The notes under the pieces are model-generated. The model was given only the letters and a program-made list of their open reading frames with translations, searched no databases and had not been told where the DNA came from. A stretch of DNA of 22,197 nt from UHGV virus genome UHGV-0363730; one strand, written 5' to 3'. Position 1 is the first letter of the stretch. Each line of letters begins with the position of its first letter. Of this stretch, positions 6,962 to 16,971 are shown in pieces. Source of the DNA: a virus. The translations under genes were made by a program, and so were the position numbers.

Positions 6962-8861
6962 TTCTGCAGGAGCGATAGCAACCGGCCTCCTTGCGCTAAA
7001 AATTCCTGTCCCTCTGACGACAGTTCAGTGGGCAGATCGACATTATTACCTTCCGAAAGAGTCATCTTACACCCCGGGGCGGTGGGAAACACTGCCGTTT
7101 CAGGTTGCCATCATGAACAGCATGGGGAATGACCGGATCCGCACTGTTAATCTGATTAAATCTGCCCGTGTTGGTTATACAAAGATGTTGCTGGGAGTGG
7201 AGGCTTATTTTATTGAGCATAAATCACGCAACAGCCTTCTTTTCCAGCCCACGGATTCTGCTGCTGAAGATTTTATGAAATCTCATGTGGAACCCACGAT
7301 CAGGGATGTGCCGGTTTTACTCGATCTTGCACCGTGGTTTGGGCGTAAACATCGTGATAATACCCTCACGCTGAAACGTTTTTCATCGGGCGTGGGCTTC
7401 TGGTGCCTGGGCGGGGCTGCCGCTAAAAACTACCGTGAAAAATCCGTGGACGTGGTCTGCTATGACGAACTTTCCTCGTTCGAACCGGATGTCGAAAAAG
7501 AGGGTTCGCCAACCCTGCTTGGGGATAAACGTATTGAGGGCTCGGTATGGCCAAAATCCATTCGCGGCTCGACGCCTAAAATAAAAGGCTCCTGCCAGAT
7601 CGAAAAAGCGGCCAACGAGTCGGCGCATTTCATGCGTTTTTATGTGCCCTGCCCACACTGTGGGGAGGAGCAGTATCTGAAATTTGGCGATGAATCCACG
7701 CCTTTTGGCCTTAAATGGGAGAAAGACAGCCCCGAAAGCGTTTTCTACCTCTGTGAACATCATGGCTGCGTGATCCATCAGTCTGAGCTTGACCAGAGCA
7801 ACGGGCGGTGGATCTGTGAAAACACGGGGATGTGGACCCGTGACGGTCTGACGTTTTTCAGCGCCGCGGATAATGAAATTCCGCCGCCGCGCTCCATCAC
7901 GTTCCATATCTGGACGGCGTACAGTCCGTTCACCACCTGGGTACAGATAGTCTATGACTGGCTGGATGCACTGAAAGATCCCAACGGCCTGAAAACCTTT
8001 GTGAACACCACGCTGGGCGAGACCTGGGAAGAGGCCGTGGGCGAAAAACTCGATCACCAGGTACTGATGGATAAGGTCGTGCATTACACGGCGGCGGTGC
8101 CAGCCCGGGTGGTTTATCTGACGGCGGGCATTGACTCGCAGCGAAACCGTTTTGAGATGTATGTCTGGGGATGGGCACCGGGAGAGGAAGCTTTTCTGGT
8201 GGATAAAATCATCATTATGGGCCGTCCCGATGAGGAAGAGACGCTGTTACGTGTGGATGCGGCGATCAACAAAAAATACTGCCATGCAGACGGAACCGAA
8301 ATGACCATTTCCCGTGTCTGCTGGGACACCGGGGGGATCGATGGTGAAATTGTCTATCAGAGGTCAAAAAAACACGGTGTTTTCCGGGTGCTGCCGGTAA
8401 AAGGTGCATCTGTTTATGGCAAGCCGGTGATCACCATGCCAAAAACCCGCAATCAGCGGGGCGTGTATCTGTGCGAAGTGGGGACGGACACCGCAAAAGA
8501 AATTCTCTATGCCCGTATGAAAGCCGATCCCACGCCTGCGGATGAAGCCACGTCGTATGCCATCCGTTTTCCTGATGATCCGGAGATTTTTTCGCAGACA
8601 GAGGCGCAGCAACTGGTGGCGGAAGAGCTTGTGGAGAAGTGGGAAAAAGGAAAGATGCGTCTGCTGTGGGATAACAAAAAGCGGCGTAACGAAGCGCTGG
8701 ACTGCCTGGTGTATGCCTATGCGGCATTACGTGTGTCCGTGCAACGCTGGCAGCTTGATCTGGCTGTACTGGCAAAATCCCGGGAAGAAGAGACGACCCG
8801 GCCAACCCTTAAAGAACTGGCAGCGAAGCTGTCCGGAGGAGTGAATGGTTACAGTCGCTGA
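6933..8861 (+). CDS. A: Terminase large subunit (gpA), about 642 aa
   Basis: Strong similarity to lambda gpA across the ATPase and nuclease regions (…[14 protein letters not shown]…, …[14 protein letters not shown]…); start chosen at ATG 6933 (RBS AGGTGGA) within the 6891 frame, overlapping the Nu1 3' end as in lambda. Confidence 0.92.
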
Positions 8862-9051
8862 ACTACAGGCGCTGCGTCAGGCGCGCCTTGATTTATTAAC
8901 CGGTAAACGGGTGGTGTCTGTCCAGAAAGATGGTCGCAGAATTGAATATACGGCGGCCTCTCTGGATGAGCTTAACCGTGCGATCAATGATGCTGAGTTG
9001 GTACTGGGGACAACCCGCCGTCGCCGTCGTCCGCTGGGAGTGAGGTTATGA
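8845..9051 (+). CDS. W: Head-tail joining protein gpW, 68 aa
   Basis: Lambda W-like (…LTGKRVVSVQKDGRRIEYTAASL…); overlaps A stop and B start. Confidence 0.9.
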   Translation: MVTVAELQALRQARLDLLTGKRVVSVQKDGRRIEYTAASLDELNRAINDAELVLGTTRRRRRPLGVRL

Positions 9052-10640
9052 AACGAACGCCTGTCCTGATTGATGTGAACGGCGTTCCGCTTCGGGAGAG
9101 CCTCAGCTACAACGGGGGCGGCGCAGGATTTGGCGGGCAAATGGCGGAGTGGTTGCCACCGGCGCAGAGTGCCGATGCGGCCCTGCTGCCCGCGTTGCGT
9201 CTGGGGAATGCCCGGGCAGATGATCTGGTGCGCAATAACGGGATAGCGGCCAATGCGGTGGCCCTGCATAAGGATCACATTGTCGGGCATATGTTTCTTA
9301 TCAGCTACCGCCCGAACTGGCGCTGGCTGGGGATGCGGGAGACCGCGACAAAAAGTTTTGTCGATGAGGTGGAGGCGGCCTGGTCAGAATACGCAGAAGG
9401 GATGTTTGGTGAGATCGACGTGGAAGGGAAACGCACGTTTACGGAATTTATCCGTGAAGGTGTGGGCGTTCATGCGTTTAACGGCGAAATCTTTGTGCAG
9501 CCGGTCTGGGATACGGAGAGCACGCAACTGTTTCGTACGCGTTTTAAAGCCGTGAGTCCGAAACGGGTGGACACGCCAGGACACGGTATCGGGAACCGTT
9601 TTCTGCGGGCCGGTGTGGAGGTTGATCGATATGGCCGTGCCGTTGCGTACCATATCTGTGAGGATGATTTTCCTCGCTCCGGGAGTGGACGATGGGAACG
9701 GATCCCGCGTGAACTTCCCACCGGGCGTCCGGCCATGCTGCATATTTTCGAGCCGGTGGAGGACGGGCAGACCCGTGGGGCCAACCAGTTTTACAGCGTC
9801 ATGGAACGGCTGAAGATGCTCGATTCCCTGCAGGCAACACAGCTTCAGTCGGCCATTGTCAAGGCGATGTATGCAGCGACAATTGAAAGTGAACTGGATA
9901 CCGAAAAGGCCTTTGAATATATCGCCGGTGCGCCGCAGGGGCAGAAGGATAATCCGCTTATTAATATTCTGGAGAAGTTCTCCAGCTGGTATGACACGAA
10001 TAACGTGACGCTGGGCGGTGTCAAAATTCCGCACCTTTTCCCTGGTGATGATCTGAAACTACAGACAGCGCAGGATTCAGACAATGGATTTTCTGCGCTT
10101 GAACAGGCGCTGCTGCGGTATATCGCCGCCGGTCTTGGCGTTTCCTACGAACAGTTGTCCCGTGATTACTCGAAGGTCAGTTACTCAAGTGCCCGCGCCT
10201 CCGCCAATGAGTCGTGGCGCTATTTTATGGGGCGGCGAAAATTTATTGCGTCCCGGCTGGCCACGCAGATGTTTTCCTGCTGGCTGGAAGAGGCACTTCT
10301 GCGGGGGATTATCCGTCCGCCACGGGCACGTTTTGATTTTTATCAGGCGCGTTCAGCCTGGTCACGGGCTGAGTGGATTGGTGCCGGAAGAATGGCCATT
10401 GACGGGCTCAAGGAGGTTCAGGAATCGGTGATGCGTATTGATTCCGGACTGAGCACGTATGAGAAAGAGCTGGCGCTGATGGGCGAGGATTATCAGGACA
10501 TTTTCCGCCAGCAGGTCAGGGAATCTGCAGAGCGGGAAAAAGCCGGACTCTCACGTCCGGTGTGGATAGCGCAGGCGTATCAGCAGCAGATAGCGGAGAG
10601 TCGCAGGCCGGAAGAGGAGACAACACCACGTGAGACGTAA
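9048..10640 (+). CDS. B: Portal protein gpB, 530 aa
   Basis: Size, position and sequence match lambda portal protein B. Confidence 0.95.
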   Translation: MKRTPVLIDVNGVPLRESLSYNGGGAGFGGQMAEWLPPAQSADAALLPALRLGNARADDLVRNNGIAANAVALHKDHIVGHMFLISYRPNWRWLGMRETATKSFVDEVEAAWSEYAEGMFGEIDVEGKRTFTEFIREGVGVHAFNGEIFVQPVWDTESTQLFRTRFKAVSPKRVDTPGHGIGNRFLRAGVEVDRYGRAVAYHICEDDFPRSGSGRWERIPRELPTGRPAMLHIFEPVEDGQTRGANQFYSVMERLKMLDSLQATQLQSAIVKAMYAATIESELDTEKAFEYIAGAPQGQKDNPLINILEKFSSWYDTNNVTLGGVKIPHLFPGDDLKLQTAQDSDNGFSALEQALLRYIAAGLGVSYEQLSRDYSKVSYSSARASANESWRYFMGRRKFIASRLATQMFSCWLEEALLRGIIRPPRARFDFYQARSAWSRAEWIGAGRMAIDGLKEVQESVMRIDSGLSTYEKELALMGEDYQDIFRQQVRESAEREKAGLSRPVWIAQAYQQQIAESRRPEEETTPRET

Positions 10641-12135
10641 TCTTTCACACATTATTGCAGCAGCATTCAATGAACCGCTGCTTCTGGAGCCCGCCTATGC
10701 GCGGGTTTTCTTTTGCGCGCTCGGGCGCGAGATGGGGGCAGCAAGTCTTTCGGTACCGCAACAGCAGGTACAGCTTGATGCTCCCGGGATGCTGGCTGAA
10801 ACGGACGAGTACATGGCCGGAGGTAAACGACCGGCCCGTGTTTACCGGGTGGTGAACGGTATTGCGGTACTGCCGGTGACCGGCACGCTGGTGCACCGGC
10901 TGGGGGGGATGCGGCCATTTTCCGGAATGACTGGCTATGACGGCATTGTCGCCTGTCTTCAGCAGGCAATGGCAGATAGCCAGGTGCGGGGCATACTGCT
11001 GGACATTGACAGTCCGGGCGGGCAGGCCGCCGGCGCGTTTGACTGCGCTGACATGATTTACCGCCTCCGGCAGCAGAAGCCGGTCTGGGCACTGTGCAAT
11101 GACACGGCCTGTTCTGCAGCCATGCTGCTGGCGTCGGCCTGCTCCCGACGGCTGGTTACCCAGACATCCCGTATCGGCTCCATTGGCGTGATGATGAGCC
11201 ATGTCAGCTATGCCGGTCATCTGGCGCAGGCCGGTGTGGATATCACGCTGATTTATGCCGGGGCGCACAAGGTGGATGGCAATCAGTTTGAAGCGTTGCC
11301 GGCAGAGGTTCGCCAGGACATGCAGCAGCGGATTGATGCGGCGCGCCGGATGTTTGCCGAAAAAGTGGCGATGTATACCGGTCTGTCTGTTGATGCCGTC
11401 ACGGGAACAGAGGCTGCCGTTTTTGAAGGTCAGTCCGGCATTGAGGCCGGGCTGGCGGATGAATTAATCAATGCGTCGGATGCCATCAGTGTGATGGCCA
11501 CGGCGCTGAACAGTAATGTCAGAGGAGGCACTATGCCGCAATTAACTGCAACGGAAGCCGCCGTGCAGGAGAACCAGCGAGTGATGGGGATCCTGACATG
11601 CCAGGAAGCGAAAGGACGTGAACAGCTTGCCACGATGCTGGCAGGGCAACAGGGCATGAGCGTTGAACAGGCCCGGGCGATTCTGGCCGCGGCGGCACCG
11701 CAGCAGCCGGTGGCATCCGCACAGAGTGAAGCCGATCGCATTATGGCGTGTGAAGAAGCGAACGGTCGTGAACAACTGGCAGCAACGCTGGCGGCGATGC
11801 CGGAGAGGACGGTGGAAAAAGCCCGCCCGATCCTGGCTGCTTCACCGCAGGCGAATGCCGGGCCCTCACTTCGTGATCAGATCATGGCACTGGATGAGGC
11901 AAAAGGGGCTGAGGCGCAGGCTGAACAGCTGGCTGCCTGCCCGGGAATGACTGTGGAGAGCGCCCGGGCTGTGCTGGCTGCGGGATCAGGTAAGGCAGAA
12001 CCGGTCTCTGCATCCACAACCGCCCTGTTTGAACATTTCATGGCGAACCATTCACCGGCTGCGGTCCAGGGGGGCGTGTCACAGGCGTCAGAAGACGGTG
12101 ATGCGGACGTGAAAATGCTCATGGCCATGCCATGA
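10630..12135 (+). CDS. C: Head maturation protease/scaffold gpC (S49/ClpP-like serine protease domain plus C-terminal scaffold region), 501 aa, GTG start
   Basis: N-terminal region aligns with lambda gpC (…AFNEPLLLEPAYARVFFCAL…, …GIAVLPVTGTLV…); ORF is longer than lambda C as recalled and contains a triplicated ~50-aa motif. Confidence 0.9.
   Translation: MRRNLSHIIAAAFNEPLLLEPAYARVFFCALGREMGAASLSVPQQQVQLDAPGMLAETDEYMAGGKRPARVYRVVNGIAVLPVTGTLVHRLGGMRPFSGMTGYDGIVACLQQAMADSQVRGILLDIDSPGGQAAGAFDCADMIYRLRQQKPVWALCNDTACSAAMLLASACSRRLVTQTSRIGSIGVMMSHVSYAGHLAQAGVDITLIYAGAHKVDGNQFEALPAEVRQDMQQRIDAARRMFAEKVAMYTGLSVDAVTGTEAAVFEGQSGIEAGLADELINASDAISVMATALNSNVRGGTMPQLTATEAAVQENQRVMGILTCQEAKGREQLATMLAGQQGMSVEQARAILAAAAPQQPVASAQSEADRIMACEEANGREQLAATLAAMPERTVEKARPILAASPQANAGPSLRDQIMALDEAKGAEAQAEQLAACPGMTVESARAVLAAGSGKAEPVSASTTALFEHFMANHSPAAVQGGVSQASEDGDADVKMLMAMP
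11533..12135 (+). CDS. nu3: Scaffolding protein gpNu3, in-frame internal start nested in the 3' part of C
   Basis: Strong internal RBS AGAGGAGG 4 nt upstream of in-frame ATG 11533 (MPQLTATEAAVQ…), mirroring the lambda C/Nu3 nested arrangement. Confidence 0.6.
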   Translation: MPQLTATEAAVQENQRVMGILTCQEAKGREQLATMLAGQQGMSVEQARAILAAAAPQQPVASAQSEADRIMACEEANGREQLAATLAAMPERTVEKARPILAASPQANAGPSLRDQIMALDEAKGAEAQAEQLAACPGMTVESARAVLAAGSGKAEPVSASTTALFEHFMANHSPAAVQGGVSQASEDGDADVKMLMAMP

Positions 12136-12171
12136 AGTCAGTGCTGAACATCAATACGAGGTTTTAACAAT

Positions 12172-12519
12172 ATGGTGACGAAAACCATCACTGAACAGCG
12201 TGCGGAAGTACGTATTTTTGCCGGTAATGATCCGGCTCACACCGCCACAGGCAGCAGCGGGATTTCCTCGGCAACACCGGCACTGACACCCCTGATGCTG
12301 GATGGGGCCACCGGGAAACTGGTGGTCTGGGACGGACAGAAAGCCGGTAGTGCGGTTGGCATACTGGTACTGCCGCTTGAAGGCACAGAGGCGGTGCTGA
12401 CGTATTACAAGTCGGGGACCTTTGCGACGGAGGCAATCCGCTGGCCTGAAAGTGTGGATGAACACAAAAAGGCCAACGCCTTTACCGGCAGTGCCCTGAG
12501 TCACGCGGCGCTGCCGTAA
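12172..12519 (+). CDS. D: Head decoration protein gpD, 115 aa
   Basis: Lambda D-like (…DPAHTATGSSG…LMLDGATGKLVVWDG…YYKSGTF…). Confidence 0.9.
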   Translation: MVTKTITEQRAEVRIFAGNDPAHTATGSSGISSATPALTPLMLDGATGKLVVWDGQKAGSAVGILVLPLEGTEAVLTYYKSGTFATEAIRWPESVDEHKKANAFTGSALSHAALP

Positions 12520-12576
12520 CACGTTATCAGGCCACCGCGTTGGCCTGACTGATTTCTTAATGAAAGGAACTGATTT

Positions 12577-13605
12577 ATGGGATTGTTTACGACCCGCCAG
12601 TTACTCGGTTATACCGAACAAAAAGTGAAATTCCGTGCGCTGTTTCTGGAGCTGTTTTTCCGCCGTACGGTGAATTTCCACACCGAAGAGGTGATGCTGG
12701 ACAAAATTACCGGAAAAACGCCGGTGGCGGCCTATGTCTCCCCGATCGTTGAAGGAAAAGTGCTTCGCCATCGCGGTGGTGAAACCCGCGTGTTACGTCC
12801 GGGCTACGTCAAGCCCAAACACGAATTTAATTACCAGCAGGCGGTTGAGCGCCTTCCTGGTGAAGATCCGGCTCAGCTGAACGACCCGGCCTACCGTCGT
12901 CTGCGTATCATTACCGATAACCTCAAACAGGAAGAGCACGCCATTGTCCAGGTGGAAGAAATGCAGGCGGTGAATGCCGTGCTGTATGGCAAATACACCA
13001 TGGAAGGGGATCAGTTTGATACTGTCGAGGTGGATTTCGGGCGCTCTGAAGGAAATAACATTGAGCAGGCTGACGGTAAAAAATGGTCTGAGCAGGACCG
13101 TGATACGTTTGATCCGACGCATGATATTGACCTCTACTGCGATCAGGCCAGCGGCCTTGTGAATATCGCCATTATGGACGGTACGGTCTGGCGTCTGCTG
13201 AATGGCTTTAAGCTGTTCCGCGAAAAACTGGATACCCGTCGCGGCTCAAATTCACAACTCGAAACGGCAGTGAAAGACCTGGGGGCGGTGGTGTCCTTCA
13301 AGGGGTATTACGGCGATCTGGCCATTGTGGTGGCGAAAACGTCTTATGTGGCAGAGGACGGTACCGAAAAACGTTATCTGCCGGAGGGCACACTGGTCCT
13401 GGGGAATACGGCAGCAGAGGGCATTCGTTGCTATGGTGCCATTCAGGATGCGCAGGCGTTGTCCGAAGGTGTGGTGGCCTCTTCCCGTTATCCGAAACAC
13501 TGGCTGACCGTGGGCGATCCGGCCCGTGAATTCACCATGACGCAGTCCGCACCGCTGATGGTGCTGCCGGATCCGGATGAGTTTGTGGTGGTACAGGTGA
13601 AATAA
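12577..13605 (+). CDS. E: Major capsid protein gpE, 342 aa
   Basis: Extensive similarity to lambda E (…YVSPIVEGKVLRHRGG…GYVKPKHE…DPAREFTM…); RBS AAAGGAA. Confidence 0.95.
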   Translation: MGLFTTRQLLGYTEQKVKFRALFLELFFRRTVNFHTEEVMLDKITGKTPVAAYVSPIVEGKVLRHRGGETRVLRPGYVKPKHEFNYQQAVERLPGEDPAQLNDPAYRRLRIITDNLKQEEHAIVQVEEMQAVNAVLYGKYTMEGDQFDTVEVDFGRSEGNNIEQADGKKWSEQDRDTFDPTHDIDLYCDQASGLVNIAIMDGTVWRLLNGFKLFREKLDTRRGSNSQLETAVKDLGAVVSFKGYYGDLAIVVAKTSYVAEDGTEKRYLPEGTLVLGNTAAEGIRCYGAIQDAQALSEGVVASSRYPKHWLTVGDPAREFTMTQSAPLMVLPDPDEFVVVQVK

Positions 13606-13656
13606 TCCGTGAGCGGGGGCGAAATGCCCCCGTGTCTTTTTTCACAGGAGGCTGAG

Positions 13657-14040
13657 ATGGCAACAAAAGAAGAAAATCTGAATCGTCTTCGTCAACTGGC
13701 TGGCCTGCTGGGGCGCGAGGCGGATATGTCGGGGAGTGCTGCGGATATTGCTCAACGTGTGTCTGAGTGGGAAGAGGAGCTTGCTGTTTCCCCGGAGGGC
13801 ATTATGCACTCTGATGAGAGCGGGGCTGATCAAAATCACACAGACGATGGTGAGCAGTTGCACAACACTGATGCTACGGATGATGTTAAAGCGGTCCGTG
13901 TGCGGAAATGCCTGCATGTGATGGGGTATTGCCCGGAGACAGGCCGTCCCGTTGAACTGACGTACCGGGGCATGCGTGTTATGGTGCCATCACCACTGGC
14001 GACAGCCATGATACAGCACGGAACGGCTGAGCATGCGTGA
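13657..14040 (+). CDS. FI: DNA packaging protein gpFI, 127 aa
   Basis: Start at ATG 13657 with RBS AGGAGG (the track ORF from 13609 is an unsupported 5' extension); acidic central region; position between E and FII. Confidence 0.8.
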   Translation: MATKEENLNRLRQLAGLLGREADMSGSAADIAQRVSEWEEELAVSPEGIMHSDESGADQNHTDDGEQLHNTDATDDVKAVRVRKCLHVMGYCPETGRPVELTYRGMRVMVPSPLATAMIQHGTAEHA

Positions 14041-14386
14041 TTTTCAGAATGCCTTTGATGCTGCCCTTGCCGGGGTGGACAGCACGATTGTTGAAGTGAT
14101 GGGGATCCGTGCGCAGTTCACCTCCGGAGCACAACGTGGCGGCGAAGTTCAGGGGGTTTTTGACGATCCGGAGTCGCTGGGTTTTGCCGGTGGCGGGGTC
14201 CGTATTGAAGGAAGCAGCCCGTCATTATTTGTGCGGACGGATACGGTGCGTGCCGTGCGGCGTGGTGACACGCTGACCATTAACGGCGAGATGTTCTGGG
14301 TGGATCGTGTTTCTCCGGATGACGGGGGAAGCTGTTATCTCTGGCTCAACCGTGGGCAACCACCCGCTGTTAACCGGCGACGATAA
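14033..14386 (+). CDS. FII: Head-tail connector protein gpFII, 117 aa
   Basis: Lambda FII-like (…GVFDDPESLGFAGGGVRIEGSSPSLFVRTD…WVDRVSPDDGGSC…). Confidence 0.9.
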   Translation: MRDFQNAFDAALAGVDSTIVEVMGIRAQFTSGAQRGGEVQGVFDDPESLGFAGGGVRIEGSSPSLFVRTDTVRAVRRGDTLTINGEMFWVDRVSPDDGGSCYLWLNRGQPPAVNRRR

Positions 14387-14401
14387 ACGCAGGGTGAAAT
14401 T

Positions 14402-14935
14402 ATGGCGATAAAAGGGCTTGATCAGGCGATTGATAATCTGAGCCGGGTTCGTAAAAACGCCATTCCGGCGGCTTCAGCAATGGCCATTAACCGCGTGGCC
14501 ACAACGGCGATTAATCAGTCTTCATCACAGGTTGCCCGGGAGACAAAGGTACGCCGGAAACTGGTAAAGGAACGGTCCAGACTGAAACGGGCGACGGTCA
14601 GAAATCCGAACGCAAAAATTATCGTTAACCGCGGTGATCTTCCAGTGATTAAGCTGGGGATCAGGATGCTGGGCCGTCGTCCGAACAGCATACTTAAAGC
14701 CGGTCAGCATCGGTATCAGCGGGCATTCATTCAGCGATTAAAAAACGGTCGCTGGCATGTCATGCAGCGTGTGGCCGGGAAAAACCGTTACCCTATTGAT
14801 GTGGTGAAAATCCCGATGGCGGCCCCACTGAAACAGGCGTTTGATGAGAATGTTGACCGTATCCGGCGTGAACGCCTGCCCGGAGAACTGGCATCCGCGC
14901 TGAAACAACAACTGAGGATTGCGATAAAACGATGA
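14402..14935 (+). CDS. Z: Tail completion protein gpZ, 177 aa
   Basis: Lambda Z-like N-terminus (MAIKGL…VARETKVRRKLVKER…). Confidence 0.9.
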   Translation: MAIKGLDQAIDNLSRVRKNAIPAASAMAINRVATTAINQSSSQVARETKVRRKLVKERSRLKRATVRNPNAKIIVNRGDLPVIKLGIRMLGRRPNSILKAGQHRYQRAFIQRLKNGRWHVMQRVAGKNRYPIDVVKIPMAAPLKQAFDENVDRIRRERLPGELASALKQQLRIAIKR

Positions 14936-15327
14936 AACACACTGACATTCGTGCCGCAGTGCTGGATGCACTCGAGCAGCATGAACACGGGGCGACGCTG
15001 TTTGATGGTCGCCCCGTTGTTTTTGACGAAGAGGATTTTCCTGCGATCGCGGTTTATCTGACGGATGCAGAGTATACCGGTGAAGAGCTGGATGCAGATA
15101 CCTGGCGGGCCACGCTGCATATTGAGGTGTTTTTACCGGCACAGGTACCGGATTCAGAGCTTGATCAGTGGATGGAAAGCCGGATTTACCCGGCGATGAC
15201 CGCGATCCCGGCACTGGCAGGACTGATTACCACGATGGTTACGCAGGGCTATGAGTATCGTCGTGATGACGATATGGCGTTATGGAGTTCTGCAGATCTG
15301 ACTTATTCCATTACATACGAGATGTGA
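14932..15327 (+). CDS. U: Tail terminator protein gpU, 131 aa
   Basis: Near-identical to lambda U as recalled (MKHT…RAAVLDALE…); start overlaps Z stop. Confidence 0.92.
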   Translation: MKHTDIRAAVLDALEQHEHGATLFDGRPVVFDEEDFPAIAVYLTDAEYTGEELDADTWRATLHIEVFLPAQVPDSELDQWMESRIYPAMTAIPALAGLITTMVTQGYEYRRDDDMALWSSADLTYSITYEM

Positions 15328-15334
15328 GGACGAT

Positions 15335-16081
15335 ATGGCAACACCAAATCCCCTTGAGCCGGTAAAAGGTGCCGGTACCACTCTGTGGGTTTACAACGGC
15401 AAGGCTGATGCTTATGCAAACCCGTTGTCAGACGATGGCTGGCAGCGACTGGCTAAGGTGAAGGATCTGACGCCGGGCGAGATGACGGCTGAACCCTACG
15501 ATGATAACTACCTGGATGATGAAGACGCGGACTGGACCGCGACCGGGCAGGGACAGAAATCTGCAGGTGATACCAGTTTTACGCTGGCCTGGAAACCGGG
15601 AGAGGAAGGCCAGAAAGGGCTTATAGGCTGGTTTGAAAGCGGCGATGTCCGGGCCTATAAAATCCGTTTTCCGAATGGCACGGTGGATGTGTTTCGTGGC
15701 TGGGTCAGCAGTATCGGTAAGGCCGTGACGGCGAAAGAAGTGATCACCCGCACGGTGAAAGTCACTAACGTGGGTAAACCTTCTGTAGCGGAAGAACGCA
15801 GCAAAATTACGCCGGTCACTGCGATTAAGGTGACGCCGACAGGTACGGTTGAAAAAGGGAAAACAACCACCCTGACCGTTACTGTGGAACCGGAAAATGC
15901 AACGGATAAGACATTCAGGGCGATTTCCGCCGATCCATCAAAAGCCACCATTAGCGTGAAAGATATGACGATTACTGTGGCGGGGGTTAAGGATGGAAAA
16001 GTCAGCATCCCTGTGATTTCCGGTAATGGTCAGTTTGCTGCGGTGGCTGAAATTACCGTTAATAATGTGCCGGGTGGCTAA
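15335..16081 (+). CDS. V: Major tail tube protein gpV with C-terminal Ig-like domain, 248 aa
   Basis: Lambda V-like throughout (…[12 protein letters not shown]…[17 protein letters not shown]…); C-terminal Big_2-like region. Confidence 0.95.
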   Translation: MATPNPLEPVKGAGTTLWVYNGKADAYANPLSDDGWQRLAKVKDLTPGEMTAEPYDDNYLDDEDADWTATGQGQKSAGDTSFTLAWKPGEEGQKGLIGWFESGDVRAYKIRFPNGTVDVFRGWVSSIGKAVTAKEVITRTVKVTNVGKPSVAEERSKITPVTAIKVTPTGTVEKGKTTTLTVTVEPENATDKTFRAISADPSKATISVKDMTITVAGVKDGKVSIPVISGNGQFAAVAEITVNNVPGG

Positions 16082-16099
16082 AGAGCTGAGAGATAAGCG

Positions 16100-16531
16100 A
16101 TGTTCCTGAAAACAGAACAATTTGAATATAACGGTGTATCCGTCACGCTTTCTGAGCTGTCTGCGCTGCAGCGTATTGAGCATCTTGCCCTCCTGAAACG
16201 GCGGGCAGAAGAGGCTGAAGCCAGCGGCAACCTGCAGGTGAGTGTGGAAGATCTTGTCAGAACCGGCGCGTTTCTGGTGGCGATGTCCCTGTGGCATAAC
16301 CATCCACAGAAAACGCAGTCACCGTCAATGAATGAGGCCGTGATGAAGATAGAGCAGGAAGTGCTCACCACCTGGCCTGCCGATGCCATTGCCCGGGCGG
16401 AAGACGTGGTGTTGTGCCTGTCCGGGATGATCGAAGCTGTTCGTCCGGATACTGATATTACTGAAGTGGCGAAAAATAACACGCTGACTGATGATGATTT
16501 TTCTGCGGGAAAGTCTTCGACGGCGAGCTGA
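16100..16531 (+). CDS. G: Tail assembly chaperone gpG, 143 aa
   Basis: Lambda G-like (MFLKTEQFEYNGVSVTLSELSALQRIEHLAL…); contains slippery heptamer G GGA AAG at 16507-16513. Confidence 0.9.
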   Translation: MFLKTEQFEYNGVSVTLSELSALQRIEHLALLKRRAEEAEASGNLQVSVEDLVRTGAFLVAMSLWHNHPQKTQSPSMNEAVMKIEQEVLTTWPADAIARAEDVVLCLSGMIEAVRPDTDITEVAKNNTLTDDDFSAGKSSTAS

Positions 16532-16971
16532 ACTTTGCCCTCAGACTGGCGCGTGAGATGGGGAGACCCGACTGGCGCGCCATGCTTGCCGGGATGACAT
16601 CCACCGAATATGCCGACTGGCACCGTTTTTACCGCACGCATTATTTTCAGGATACCCAGCTGGATATGCATTTTTCCGGGCTGACGTACGCTGTACTCAG
16701 CCTGTTTTTTTGCGATCCGGATATGCATCCCTCTGATTTCAGTCTGCTTGTCCCCCGGCATGAGGAAGAGCAGGTGGAGAGGCCGGATGAGGACAAAATG
16801 CTGATGCAGAAAGCGGCAGGACTTGCCGGAGGCGTCCGGTTCGGTGGGGACGGAGGGCGCGATATTTTATCGTCTGTGGATGTGGCGGATGTCATGGTGG
16901 ATGATGCCGCATTAATGATGGCTTCAGCGGGGATTCCGGGAGGTGTGAGATATGTCCCAGCCGGTTGGTGA
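16100..16971 (+). CDS. T: Tail assembly chaperone fusion gpGT, made by programmed -1 ribosomal frameshift at GGGAAAG (16507-16513) into the T frame
   Basis: Slippery site in the correct frame phasing (zero-frame codons GGA AAG); the -1 frame stays open from the slip site to 16971 and encodes a lambda T-like sequence (…GRPDWRAMLAGMTSTEYADWHRFY…). Confidence 0.8.

Noticed and set aside
7383-8084. Minus-strand ORF (233 aa) and many other antisense ORFs in the track (e.g. 10645-11268, 16078-16761, 17510-18088, 18128-18658, 19890-20927)
   Set aside because: They lie antisense to long, strongly supported lambda-like structural genes (A, C, G/T, H, L/K); open antisense frames are expected in this GC-rich coding sequence and none has independent support.
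13609-14040. FI with the 13609 start (143 aa)
   Set aside because: A strong RBS (AGGAGG) precedes the ATG at 13657, and the 16 extra N-terminal residues have no counterpart in lambda FI as recalled.
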